DNA of 64,000 nt from Eledone cirrhosa (Eukaryota): NCBI GenBank assembly GCA_964016885.1, contig OZ024765.1, forward strand, positions 10,664,001 through 10,728,000, written 5' to 3'. This document shows positions 25,976-39,599 of the stretch, in pieces (position 1 is the first letter of the stretch; every line of letters begins with the position of its first letter). A program made the translations under genes and the position numbers. Under the pieces are notes generated by a model. The model was not told the origin of the DNA. It ran no database searches and worked only from the letters and a program-made list of their open reading frames with translations.

Positions 25976-26653
25976 TCTTGACACAAGAACGCAAATACAT
26001 ATACACATACATAGACACACATACATGCGCACACATACATAAACACATACCCGGACAAGATCATAAATACAGACACATACACCACATACACACAAACACA
26101 CACATTAGTTTTGGCTGCTAATTTTTGGTGATGGTGGAGGTAGTAAATCCTGATACACATCGTAACTTTTGGTTGACAGTTCTTACCATCACAGTAGCCC
26201 CCACCTCAGCCTGCCATTGCCAGCACTGTCAAAGATCCCCTATTCCTTTCTACTCACCACCCTGTCAAATTCCACCCCACTTGTCAGAAATCCATCATGT
26301 TTACTATGCCCCCCCCCCCATAAGTTAGAAAAGGCTTTTTAGTTGAGTCGCTGACCAACAACCCCTCTAGTGCTTGTGTCACAAAAACGCTCTTTGTCCC
26401 CCAGTAAGGTGGTTGACAATAAATGGGTGTGCCAAAGAAAAAAGCGGTTGAGGGGACTCTTCAGTTGTGTCAAGACAATGACAAACCTCCCTAGTGTTGG
26501 TGATCTACATGATAAACACACCCAGTACACTCTGTTAAGTGGCTGGTGATAGGAAGGACCTCCTGCGGTTGAAACTATACCAAACAAAGGGTTTGGAGGA
26601 CCCCTCAGTTGTGTCAAGTACTTGACAACATCCCCAGTGTTGGTGATCTACAC

Positions 26654-27026
26654 CAGGCATCTAAAACATGCGGCCCTTTACAAGCACACGTGCGGCCCAC
26701 AGAAAGGTTTTTCACAGCACGAGCATAATATAAAGTATTAATTGTAATGTGCGCAATTAGTTGTCATGTGTGGCCTGGCCCTCAGACAACACATCTGTGA
26801 CCCATGGGGCCCTCAGACAACACATCTGGGACCCATGGGGCCCTCAGACAATACATCTGTGACCCATGTGGCCCTCAGACAACACATCTGTGACCCATGG
26901 GGCCCTCAGACAACACATCTGTGACCCATGTGGCCCTCAGACAACACATCTGTGACCCATGGGGCCCTCAGACAACACATCTGTGACCCATGTGGCCCTC
27001 AGGGGACCCTCAGTTTGACGTGCCTG
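26654..27026. mobile_element. hAT-type MITE with an internal 31-bp tandem array
   Basis: 8-bp TSD ATCTACAC at 26646-26653 and 27027-27034; imperfect TIRs CAGGCATCTAAAAC / GTTTGACGTGCCTG; subterminal gcggccc motifs. Confidence 0.85.
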
Positions 27027-27424
27027 ATCTACACGATAAACATACCCAGTACACTCAGTAAAGTGCATTCAGTAAAGGGCATTCAGCTGTTCAGTCCATG
27101 CCAATCAAAGGGTTGGGATGACCCTTCACTTGTGTCAAAGACATGAACAACCTCTCCAGTGCTGGTGATCTACATGATGAGGGCACTCAGTACACTCTGT
27201 AAAGTGGTTGGTGATGGGAAGAGCATCCAGTTGTAAAAGGCTTGCCAAACAAGGGATTGGGAGGATCTGTTGTGTCAAAGACACCATCACCACCACCACC
27301 ACCACCACCACCACCACCATCATCACCTTTCTTGTGTTTGTGTACTCGGTAGAGCGTAGGACCATATATATGTAAGTGAGATGCAGACTCCCAAAAGTAG
27401 AGTATAAGTTGTGGTCACCTGAAA

Positions 27425-27960
27425 TCCAGCTGAGGTCAGCTTTGCTTTACCTCCTTACGGAGGTCGTTAAAATAAAGTACCAGTAATGCACTAGGGTCGA
27501 TTTAATCGACTTTTCCCCTCTCCCCAAATTGCTGGCCTTGTGCCTAAATCAAAAAGCAGATTGGCAGTATCGGTAGAGGGTCGGACGCCATGCCTTGACG
27601 CATAGTTACGGCCCTTTATGGTCTGAGTTCAAATCCCGCCGAGGTTAACTTTGCCTTTCATCCTTACGGGGTCGATAAAATAAAGTACCAGTAATGCACT
27701 GGGGTAATTACTGGCCTTGTGCCAAAATTAGAAACAATTATTATAATAATACTGTGAGGGTGGTGGATTGGTAGTATCGGTAGAGCTTTGCAGCATATAG
27801 TTATGGCCCTTTACATTCTGAGTTCAAATCCCGCCGAGGTTAGCTTTTCTTTTCTTCCTTACGGGGGTTGATAAAATAAAGCACCAGTAACATACTGGGG
27901 TCGATTTAATTGACTTTCCCCGTTTCCCAAACTGCTGGCCTTGTGCCTATAGTAGAAATC
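27425..27960 (+). mobile_element. Cluster of three SINE-like family 2 copies
   Basis: Repeated ctttcatccttacggggtcgataaaataaagtaccagtaatgcactgggg...ctggccttgtgcc. Confidence 0.75.
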
Positions 27961-28015
27961 ATTCTTGTTGTGTACCAGTAATATCTTCTGTTCCTCTTAG
28001 CTGAAAAACTTGAAC

Positions 28016-28243
28016 CCTTCTTCTTCTTTGCCTTCTTCTTCTTCTTCTTCTTCTTTGCCTTCTTCTTCTTCTTCTTTTTCTTCTTTGCCTTCTTCTTTGC
28101 CTTCTTTGCCTTCTTCTTCTTTGCCTTCTTCTTTGCCTTCTTCTTTGCCTTCTTTGCCTTCTTCTTTGCCTTCTTCTTTGCCTTCTTCTTCTTCTTCTTC
28201 TTCTTCTTCTTCTTTGCCTTCTTCTTCATTGCCTTCTTCTTTG
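28016..28243. repeat. (TTC)n/(ttctttgcc)n simple repeat
   Basis: Visible directly. Confidence 0.9.
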
Positions 28244-28523
28244 CGTATGTGTGTGTGAGGTGTAGTATGTGTGTGTGAGGTGTGTGTGTGTGAAATGTGT
28301 GTATGTGAGAGGTGTGTGTGTGCGAAATGTGTGTATGTGAGAGGTGTGTGTGTGTGAAATGTGTGTATGTGTGTAAGGTATGTGTGAGGTGTGTGTATGT
28401 GTGAGGTGTGTGTATGTGTGAAGTGTGTGTGAGGTGTGTGTGTGTGAGGTGTGTGTAAATCAAGTTTGCTGCAAAATATCGTTTTTGGTTTTACTGCTAA
28501 TACTACTATGTGTGTGTGTATAC

Positions 28524-28556
<33 letters not shown>

Positions 28557-28819
28557 CATGCAGGTATATATGTGTATGTGTGTATGCATGTATGTATATA
28601 TATGTGTGTGCGCATTACATATATGTATATATATATGTGTATGTATATTCAAGGTCATTCTGTCCAGATTATTTCCAACCAACCTTCACCACCACTAACT
28701 TCGTCACCACCACCACCACCATTACATCTTATATCTCCGGCACCACCATATTGTTTTGACTTGCCTCTCTCTCTCTCTCTCTCTCTCTCTCATGTACCCA
28801 CTCACACAGCTACTGACCA

Positions 28820-29850
28820 TCACCATGACCAACAACACCACCACCACCACCATTACTACTACTAGCAGCACAAATACTACCATTGCCCTCATCATTACTA
28901 ATGCTACTACCACTAGTACTTCCATCACCACTAATAGCACCACCACACTGCCGCCACTACTGCACCATCACCAGAATCACCACCATCACTAACACACCAT
29001 CACCATCATCACCACACCACCACTACTGCACCACCACAGTCACCACACTGCCACCACTAACACACCATCATCACCATCACCACCACCATCATCACCATCA
29101 CACTGCCACCACACTGCCACCACACTGCCACCACTACTGCACCACCAGTAACACACCATCACCACCACCATCATCACCATCACCACCACCATCATCACCA
29201 TCACCACCACCATCATCACCACCACCACCACCACCATCACCACCACCATCATCACCACCACCATCATCACCATCACCACCACTACTGCACCACCACAGTC
29301 ACCACACTGCCACCACTAACACACCATCACCACTAACACACCATCACCACCACACCACCACCACTAACACACTGCCACCACTAACACACCACCACACTGC
29401 CACCACACCATCACCACCACAGTCACCACACTGCCACCACTACACACCATCACCACTAACACACCATCACCACCACACCACCACACTGCCACCACTACTG
29501 CACCACCACAGTCACCACACTGCCACCGCTAACACACCATCACCACTAACACACCATCACCACCACACCACCACACTGCCACCACACCATCACCACCACA
29601 GTCACCACACTGCCACCACTACACACCATCACCACTAACACACCATCACCACCACACTGCCACACCACCACACTGCCACCACTACTGCACCACCACAGTC
29701 ACCACACTGCCACCACTAACACACCATCACCACTAACACACCATCACCACCACCACCATCATTATCACCCCTAACACACCACCATCATCACTATGACCAT
29801 CATCACTAACACCACCACTACAACCATCACCGTGACCACAGCAACCACCA
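28820..29850. repeat. (CAC)n-based low-complexity region
   Basis: Visible directly. Confidence 0.9.
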
Positions 29851-29852
29851 TC

Positions 29853-31448
29853 ATCACAAACGCCATGTCAACCCACCACTATAACCACCACAAACGCCAT
29901 GTCAACCCACCACCACCACAAACGCCATGTCAACCCACCACCACAAACGCCATGTCAACCCACCACCACAAACGCCATGTCAACCCACCACCACAAACAC
30001 CATGTCAACCCATCACCACAAACACCATGTCAACCCACCACCACAAACGCCATGTCAACCCACCACCACAAACGCCATGTCAACCCACCACCCCAAACGC
30101 CATGTCAACCCACCACCACAAACGCCATGTCAACCCACCACCACAAACGCCATGTCAACCCACCACCACAAACGCCATGTCAACCCACCACCACAAACGC
30201 CATGTCAACCCACCACCGCCACCACAAACACCATGTCAACCCACCACCACAAACGCCATGTCAACCCACCACCACAAACACCATGTCAACCCACCACCAC
30301 AAACACCATGTCAACCCACCACCACAAACACCATGTCAACCCACCACCACAAACGCCATGTCAACCCACCACCACAAACGCCATGTCAACCCACCACCAC
30401 AAACGCCATGTCAACCCACCACCACAAACGCCATGTCAACCCACCACCACAAACGCCATGTCAACCCACCACCACAAACGCCATGTCAACCCACCACCAC
30501 AAACACCATGTCAACCCACCACCACAAACGCCATGTCAACCCACCACCACAAACGCCATGTCAACCCACCACCACAAACGCCATGTCAACCCACCACCAC
30601 AAACGCCATGTCAACCCACCACCACAAACGCCATGTCAACCCACCACCACAAACGCCATGTCAACCCACCACCACAAACGCCATGTCAACCCACCACCAC
30701 AAACGCCATGTCAACCCACCACCGCCACCACCGCCACCACAAAGGCCATGTCAACCCACCACCGCCACCACAAACACCATGTCAACCCACCACCACAAAC
30801 GCCATGTCAACCCACCACCACAAACGCCATGTCAACCCACCACCACAAACGCCATGTCAACCCACCACCACAAACGCCATGTCAACCCACCACCACAAAC
30901 GCCATGTCAACCCACCACCACAAACGCCATGTCAACCCACCACCGCCACCACAAACGCCATGTCAACCCACCACCGCCACCACAAACACCATGTCAACCC
31001 ACCACCACAAACGCCATGTCAACCCACCACCGCCACCACAAACGCCATGTCAACCCACCACCGCCACCACAAACACCATGTCAACCCACCACCACAAACG
31101 CCATGTCAACCCACCACCGCCACCACAAACGCCATGTCAACCCACCACCGCCACCACAAACACCATGTCAACCCACCACCACAAACGCCATGTCAACCCA
31201 CCACCGCCACCACAAACGCCATGTCAACCCACCACCACAAACGCCATGTCAACCCACCACCACAAACGCCATGTCAACCCACCACCACAAACGCCATGTC
31301 AACCCGCCACCACAAACGCCATGTCAACCCACCACCGCCACCACAAACGCCATGTCAACCCGCCACCACAAACACCATGTCAACCCACCACCACAAACGC
31401 CATGTCAACCCACCACCACAAACGCCATGTCAACCCACCACCACCACC
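29853..31448. repeat. 22-bp minisatellite (caccacaaacgccatgtcaacc)n with +6 variants
   Basis: Open in all three + frames because the unit has no stop codon. Confidence 0.95.
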
Positions 31449-31992
31449 GTCTGCAACAATTGGCACCACATGCAGTGCTATTCTTACATGTACATTATAG
31501 CTAACTCCTAAATGGTATTCTGGTTGATACCATTGTACCGTTTGAGGTGGTTTCTGTACACACACATGCATACACACACATACACGCACACATATACATG
31601 CACACACACACATGCATGCACACACACACATGCATACACACACATACACGCACACATATACATGCACACACACACATGCATGCACACACACATGCATACA
31701 CACACATACACGCACACATATACATGCACACACACACATGCATGCACACACACACATGCAACACACAAATGCTCCCACAAACACACACAACACACACACA
31801 TATGCAACACTCTCATGCTCACACTCACATAAATGTGTGAAAACACATGCACACACATGCTACACACATTTGTAATTGTAGTGAATTTGGCTGCTATTTT
31901 CAGCAAATTGAGTGAGCAACCACGTAAGGGCTACTTTGTTGGTCCCAAAACAGAAGGGTGATGGTGGCCATTATTATCATCATCATCATCAT

Positions 31993-32215
31993 CTTTAGCG
32001 TCCAAATATTCCACGATAGGTTTGCAGTTGAGCCCGTGGCAGTGGAGATTTCTGGGGTCCTTGGCCCTAGGGCCACCTCCCTCCATCGGCTATCACCATT
32101 GGCACAGAGTTGGCTAGCCGCAAGTGCGAGTCTCGCGAACTGGAATGACTTTTCCAGCGTGTCTACATCACCATCCACCGGGGAAACACCTCTCTTCTGT
32201 CCGCCGGCTAGCGCA
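31993..32215 (+). mobile_element. CRE-clade-like non-LTR retrotransposon 3' remnant (restriction-like endonuclease C-terminus)
   Basis: Reads RFAVEPVAVEISGVLGPRA, frameshift, then TIGTELASRKCESRELE*LFQRVYITIHRGNTSLLSAG*. This resembles the recalled CRE motifs PxAVETxGxxG and QRxSIAIQRGN. Confidence 0.65.
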
Positions 32216-32374
32216 TGAGCGCTCATTTGCTCACAATAATGAGAAAGGGAGAGAGCAGGAGAGACGGAGGTGATGACAGTGGGAGTTTGGTCCTTTTGTA
32301 TTCAAACCAGGTGTATATATGTGTATATAAGAAGAGAGAATGAGTTTAAAAGCTGTTTCCTGTAAATGGAATTC

Positions 32375-32625
32375 ATCATCATGATTTTATGTATGCTTTT
32401 CCCTGCTTGCACGGGTGGGACAGGTCCCCTTCAGCACAGCATCTCTCCATTCGTCACAGTCCTTTGTCATCTCCTCTGTGAGCTTCAGTGATCTGATGAC
32501 AGCTCTCACCACCTTTGCCCATGGTTTTCGTGGTCTTCCTCTATTGCGTCTTCCTTTCATTGGGACATCTTGGCACTTCTTCACCCAGCTGTCATCTTCC
32601 ATGCGCATCACATGGCCATACCAAT
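32375..32625 (-). mobile_element. RTE family B 3' fragment
   Basis: Encodes LHWYGHVMRMEDDSWVKKCQDVPMKGRRNRGRPRKPWAKVV. Confidence 0.85.
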
Positions 32626-32789
32626 GCAAAATAGAAATTTTAGAATATCCCTTGTGTCCATGGATTTGTTGGGTTGTCACATTTTGAGAAAAGTCAGGGG
32701 AAGTGACCAGGTCTTGCTAATATGGATCTGCATTTTGGCTTCGTTTCTACAGCCCTTCCCAACACCAACCATATTATATATATTTTTTG

Positions 32790-33850
32790 TTGTGTCACCA
32801 GCATGACTAAATTACAGGGTGCACTAGGTGCTTTCTTTCTTGTGGCATCAACATGTCCACATTACAGGGTGGACTGGGAACCTCTTGTGTTAGCAACACA
32901 CCAACACGACTAAATTAGAGGGTGGACTAGGTGATTTCTTTCTCACGTCACCAACATGTCCACATTACAGGGTGGACTAGGAACCTCTTGTTGTGTCACC
33001 AACACAACCATCTTACAGGGTGGACTAGGTGCTTTCTTTCTCACGTCACCAACATGTCCACATTACAGGGTGGACTAGGAACCTCTTGTTGTGTCACCAA
33101 CACAACCATCTTACAGGGTGGACTAGGTGCTTTCTTTCTCACGTTACCAACATGTCCACATTACAGGGTGGACTAGGAACCTCTTGTTGTGTCACCAACA
33201 CAACCACCTTAGAGTAGATTGGGGTTACCAACATGACCACCATAGAAGGTAGACAGGATGCATGCATTTTTTTTGTGTCATCAGTGTCTCCTGTGTCATC
33301 ACCAGCACTACAGAGTGAACTGGGTGTATTTTACCGTGACACTAGCACTACCACTTTACAGAGTGGATTGGGTGTATTTTACCGTGACACTAGCACTACC
33401 ACTTTACAGAGTGAACTGGGTGTATTTTACCATGACACTAGCACTACCACTTTACAGAGTGAACTGGGTGTATTTTACCATGACACTAGCACTACCACTT
33501 TACAGAGTGGATTGGGTGTATTTTACCGTGACACTAGCACTACCACTTTACAGAGTGAACTGGGTGTATTTTACCATGACACTAGCACTACCACTTTACA
33601 GAGTGAACTGGGTGTATTTTATCATGACACTAGCACTACCACTTTACAGAGTGAACTAGGTGTATTTTACCATGACACTAGCGCTACCACTTTACAGAGT
33701 GAACTGGGTGTATTTTATCATGACACTAGCACTACCACTTTACAGAGTGAACTGGGTGTATTTTATCATGACACTAGCACTACCACTTTACAGAGTGGAC
33801 TGGGTGTATTTTATCATGAGACCAACACTACTGCTTTAGAGTGAGCTGGG
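32790..33850. repeat. RTE-UTR-derived tandem arrays; a 48-bp unit at 33305-33840
   Basis: Unit accactttacagagtgaactgggtgtattttaccatgacactagcact (16-codon periodicity in the ORF). Confidence 0.88.
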
Positions 33851-34099
33851 TGTTGGTTTAGTCTATCAACTCTACAATATCACTTAGTTTAGTCTGTCAT
33901 GTCCACAGTATCACTTAGTTTAGTCTACCATGTCCACAGTATCACTTAGTTTAGTCTACCATGCCCACAGTATCACTTAGTTAGGCCTATCATAACCATC
34001 TCCATACTGTCTGTTGCCAAGATTTGGCACTGTGTAAAACAATTAGTGAAGTTATAAATAAAGTTTTAAAATACATGAAGTATGGCTGTTTATTGATTG

Positions 34100-35184
34100 T
34101 GGTGTAGCAGTGGTGGTGGTGGTGGTGGTGTAGCATTGGTGGTGGTGGTGTACCATTGGTGGTGGTGTAGCAGTGGTGGTGGTGGTGGTGGTGGTGGTGT
34201 AGCAGTGGTGGTGGTGGTGGTGTAGCAGTGATGGTGGTGATGGTGGTGGTGGTGGTGGTGTAGCATTGGTGGTGGTGTAGCAGTGGTGGTGGTGGTGGTG
34301 TAGCAGTGGTGGTGGTAGTGGTGGTGTAGTATTGGTGGTGGTGGTGGTGGTGGTGTAGCATTGATGGTGATGGTGGTGGTGTAGCATTGATGGTGGTGGT
34401 AGCATTGATGGTGGTGGTGGTGTAGCATTGATGGTGGTGGTGGTGTAGCATTGATGGTGGTGGTGGTGTAGCAGTGGTGGTGGTGGTGGTGGTGGTGTAG
34501 CATTGGTGGTGGTGGTGTACCATTGGTGGTGGTGTAGCAGTGGTGGTGGTGTAGCAGTGGTGGTGGTGGTGGTGGTGTAGCATTGGTGGTGGTGGTGTAG
34601 CATTGGTGGTGGTGGTGTAGCAGTGGTGGTGGTGGTGGTGGTGTAGCATTGGTGGTGGTGTAGTAGCAGTGGTGGTGGTGGTGTAGCATTGGTGGTGGTG
34701 GTGTAGCATTGGTGGTGGTGTAGCAGTGGTGGTGGTGGTGTAGCATTGGTGGTGGTGGTGGTGGTGGTGTAGCATTGGTGGTGGTGGTGTAGCATTGGTG
34801 GTGGTGTAGCAGTGGTGGTGGTGGTGGTGGTGTAGCATTGGTGGTGGTGGTGGTGTAGCATTGGTGGTGGTGGTGTAGCAGTGGTGGTGGTGGTGGTGGT
34901 GTAGCATTGGTGGTGGTGGTGTAGCATTGGTGGTGGTGGTGGTGGTGGTGATGTAGCATTGATGGTGGTGGTGGTGTAGCATTGATGGTGGTGGTGTAGC
35001 ATTGATTGTGATGGTGGTGGTGGTATAGCATTGATGGTGGTGGTGGTGGTGGTGGCAGTGGTGTAGAATTGATGGTGGTGGCAGTGGTGTAGCATTGATG
35101 ATGGTGGTGGTGGTGACAGCAATGATTGTGATGGTGATGGTGGTATTGTATTGATTGTGATGGTGCTAGTGATGTTAGTGGTGG

Positions 35185-35185
<1 letters not shown>
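34100..35185. repeat. (GGT)n punctuated by gtagca(tt/gt)
   Basis: Visible directly. Confidence 0.92.
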
Positions 35186-35236
<51 letters not shown>

Positions 35237-35274
35237 CACACATATACACATATACACATATATACATATATATA

Positions 35275-35505
35275 GGATGACCGATGGGTGAAGAAGTGCC
35301 AGGAAATGCCAGTTGAAGGAAGACGTGGTAGGGGTAGACCACGAAAAACCTGGGTGGAGGTGGTGAGAACAGACCTCAGATCATTGAAGCTCACGGTGGA
35401 GATGACGAGGGACCGTGACGAGTGGAGAGATGCTGTGCTGAATAGGACCCGTCCCACCCTTGCAAGCAGGGAAAAGCAGACGTAACATAATGATGATGAT
35501 GATGA

Positions 35506-35508
<3 letters not shown>
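35275..35508 (+). mobile_element. RTE family B 3' fragment
   Basis: Encodes KKCQEMPVEGRRGRGRPRKTWVEVVRTDL...[13 protein letters not shown], then (GAT)n. Confidence 0.88.
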
Positions 35509-35555
<47 letters not shown>

Positions 35556-35786
35556 TCACACACACACGTACATTTTACCCGCCCAAGATATATATATATA
35601 TATATACATATATACACACATATGTACTTATATATATATATACACACACATATGTATATATATATCATCATCATCATCATCATCATTTTACGTCCGCTTT
35701 TCCCTGTTTGCAAGGGTGGGACAGGAACTGATTCTGGCCTGATTTCTACAGCTGGATGTAGGTGTCACGTGTATATATATATATAT

Positions 35787-36604
35787 AAACAAAGTGCAGG
35801 GCAATAAAGATAGACGGTAGTCACGGAATAGGCAGACCTAGAAAAACCTGGGACGAGCTGATAAACTCCGACATCACACACTTACACCTCTCCAAGACAA
35901 TGTCACTGGACCGAGACCTTTGGCGGTACTCAGTAACAGAGAAGACCCGCCTTACCTAAATATATAGTAAAACCTACTCCAGCCAGTAGGCATCTCTAAC
36001 AAAATACACCCCGCCCCACCCCCCCACCCCCACCCCATCCACACCACCCCGTTCTATGTAAAGTTATGTTGGTGCCGCGCCATCGAGGCCGAAACAAATG
36101 AGATCGTGTAGGTGTCACGACAAAAAAAAACACACAGTCCACGCTGTAATGTGGCCGTGTAGGCAACACGGTAAAAACCTCCCAGACCCACACTGTAAAT
36201 GTGGTTGGTGTTAGGAAGGGCATCCAACTGTAGAAAACCTGCCAGACAGTCCTATGCGAGCAAGACGATCACTCTTGCCTCAAGTGGGACTACCCCCGTC
36301 CAAACCCATGCAAGCGTGGAACACGGACGTTAAACGTTGATGATGATGATGATGATGATGATATGTATATAAGTAGGTGTCATGACAAAAAAACACACAG
36401 TCCACGCTGTAATGTGGCCGTGTAGGTAACACGGTAAAAATCTCCCAGACCACACTGTAAACGTGGTTGGTGTTAGGAAGGGCATCCAGCTGTAGAAAAC
36501 CCGCCAGACAGTCCTATACGAGTAGGACAACCAATCTTGCCTCAAGTGGGTAAACTCCCGTCCAAACCAATGCAAGCGTGGAAGATGGACGTTAAACGAT
36601 GATG

Positions 36605-36605
<1 letters not shown>
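35787..36605 (+). mobile_element. RTE 3' fragment plus a second 3' UTR fragment
   Basis: 35787-36345 is nearly identical to 37077-37635. Confidence 0.88.
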
Positions 36606-36641
<36 letters not shown>

Positions 36642-36654
36642 TATACACATGCAT

Positions 36655-36727
<73 letters not shown>

Positions 36728-37648
36728 AGTACTGTAGCTAGAGTCAGAACTGGTTGGAAAAAGTTCAGAGAGCTTATACCACTATTAGCTGCTAAAGGGT
36801 TCTCACTAAAAATGAAAGGCAGGTTGTACGATGCCTGCATACGAACAGCAATGCTGCATGGCAGTGAGACCTGGGCATTGTGTGCAGAGGATATACGCAG
36901 ACTAGAGAGGAACGAAGCTTGCATGCTCCGCTGGATGTGTAACAGTAATATACGTGAACGGCAAAGCATAAACGAACTAAGGAATAAATTAGAGATAAGA
37001 GGGATCAGATGTTGTTTACTCGAGAGAAGGCTACGTTGGTATGGACACGTGATGCGCATGAAAGTCGATAGCTGTATAACAAAGTGCAGGGCAATAAAGA
37101 TAGACGGTAGTCACGGAATAGGCAGACCTAGAAAAACCTGGGACGAGCTGATAAACTCCGACATCACACACTTACACCTCTCCAAGACAATGTCACTGGA
37201 CCGAGACCTTTGGCGGTACTCAGTAACAGAGAAGACCCGCCTTACCTAAATATATAGTAAAACCTACTCCAGCCAGTAGGCATCTCTAACAAAATACACC
37301 CCGTCCCACCACCCCCACCCCCACCCGATCCACACCACCCCGTTCTATGTAAAGTTATGTTGGTGCCGCGCCATCGAGGCCGAAACAAATGAGATCGTGT
37401 AGGTGTCACGACAAAAAACACACAGTCCACGCTGTAATGTGGCCGTGTAGGCAACACGGTAAAAACCTCCCAGACCCACACTGTAAATGTGGTTGGTGTT
37501 AGGAAGGGCATCCAACTGTAGAAAACCTGCCAGACAGTCCTATGCGAGCAAGACAATCACTCTTGCCTCAAGTGGGACTACCCCCGTCCAAACCCATGCA
37601 AGCGTGGAACACGGACGTTAAACGTTGATGATGATGATGATGATGATG

Positions 37649-37650
<2 letters not shown>
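36728..37650 (+). mobile_element. RTE LINE 3' fragment (about 0.9 kb)
   Basis: Encodes STVARVRTGWKKFRELIPLL...LHGSETW...GRPRKTWDEL...EKTRLT* (stop at 37249), then UTR and (GAT)n. Confidence 0.92.
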
Positions 37651-37679
<29 letters not shown>

Positions 37680-37771
37680 GTTTTAATAAATTTTCAAATT
37701 TAGGTACAAAGAACACAAAAAGGATTTTAGTGGTTTTAAAGTCTTCCATAAGTAAAACATATTTGGGAACC

Positions 37772-38820
37772 AGTGGTGTATATATTGACTGGGTATATAC
37801 ACTGGTGTATATATTGACTGTATATATAGACACTGGTGTATATATTGACTGGGTATATACACTGGTGTATATATTGACTGTGTATATACACTGGTGTATA
37901 TATTGACTGTATATAGGCACTGGTGTATATATTGACTATATATATATATATATAGACACTGGTGTATATATTGACTGTATATATATAGACACTGGTGTAG
38001 ATATTGACTGGGTATATACACTGGTGTATATATTGACTGTATATATAGACACTGGTGTATATATTGACTGTATATACACTGGTGTATATATTGACTGTAT
38101 ATAGGCACTGGTGTATATATTGACTGTATATATATATATATATAGACACTGGTGTATATATTGACTGTATATATATAGACACTGGTGTAGATATTGACTG
38201 GGTATATACACTGGTGTATATATTGACTATATATAGACACTGGTGTATATATTGACTGTGTATATACACTGGTGTATATATTGACTGTATATAGGCACTG
38301 GTGTATATATTGACTGTATATAGACACTGGTGTATATATTGACTGTATATAGACACTGGTGTATATATTGACTGTATATAGACACTGGTGTATATATTGA
38401 CTGTATATATATTGACACTGGTGTATATATTGACTGCATAGAGACACTGGTGTATATATTGACTGTATATATGGACACTGGTGTATATATTGACTGTATA
38501 TATATATAGACACTGGTGTAGATATTGACTGTATATATACACTGGTGTATATATTGACTGTATATATAGACGCTGGTGTATATATTGACTGTATATATAG
38601 ACACTGGTGTAGATATTGACTATATATACACTGGTGTATATATTGACTGTATATATTGACACTGGTGTATATATTGTCTGTATATATAGACACTGGTGTA
38701 GATATTGACTGTATATATACACTGGTGTATATATTGACTGTATATATAGACACTGGTGTATATATTGACAGTATATATAGACACTGGTGTATATATTGCT
38801 TTAATATATAGACAGTGTGT
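37772..38820. repeat. Minisatellite of about 30 bp (acactggtgtatatattgactgtatatag)
   Basis: Visible directly. Confidence 0.92.
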
Positions 38821-39599
38821 GTATATATATATATATATATAGGCTCTGAAACTACTTCGCTTTTCCTTATTCTATATAGGCTCTGTATGTTGATATTGAC
38901 TGTGTATATAGACACTGGTGTATATATTACCTTGATATATATATATATAGACATACTCTGACATAGAGTCAATCTATATCAGGTATTTGTGGCAGGAGAG
39001 AATGGTGAATCAGGTTGACTCATAAGATATGAAATAGTAGGTGTAGTATAATATACATTTGTTTCCTTGGTGGGTCATGTTATAACAATGCCCTCACAAT
39101 TCAACACATGAACGCTTACCCCATTATCAACGACTGAGTCGTGACGTTGGGTGTGGTGTAACCTCTTTGTTTTTTTGCTGCCATTTGCACTATATTATAG
39201 GTGGCAACTTGGCAGAGCCGTTAGAGTGTCAGATAGAGTGCTTTATGCTGTTCTTTTCAGCTATGTCTTCTGAGTTCAAATCCCGCCAAGGTCAACTTTG
39301 CCTTTCATTCTTTCAAGGTACCAGTCTAGAACCAGTCTAGTACTGGGGTTGATTCTTCCTCTATAATTCTTTCTTACTTCCTCTCTCTCACTTTCTATCT
39401 TTCTCTGGAAGAAATCTGTTGTACTCAAACTTGGAGAGGGATAGGCTCTACCAGGCCTCAGCAGGCTGAGGGCAACTTTGTTTTTCATCCTTTCGAGGTA
39501 GTTAGAAAGAAGTACCAGTCTAGTACTGAGGTCAATTCTTCCTCTATATCTCTTTCTCATTTCCTCTTTCTCTGGAAGAAATCTGCTGGCCTCCTACAA

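Noticed and set aside
27906-28463. Lys/Ala-rich ORF resembling a histone H1 tail or protamine
   Set aside because: Pure (TTC)/(ttctttgcc) repeat with no globular domain or convincing exon boundaries.
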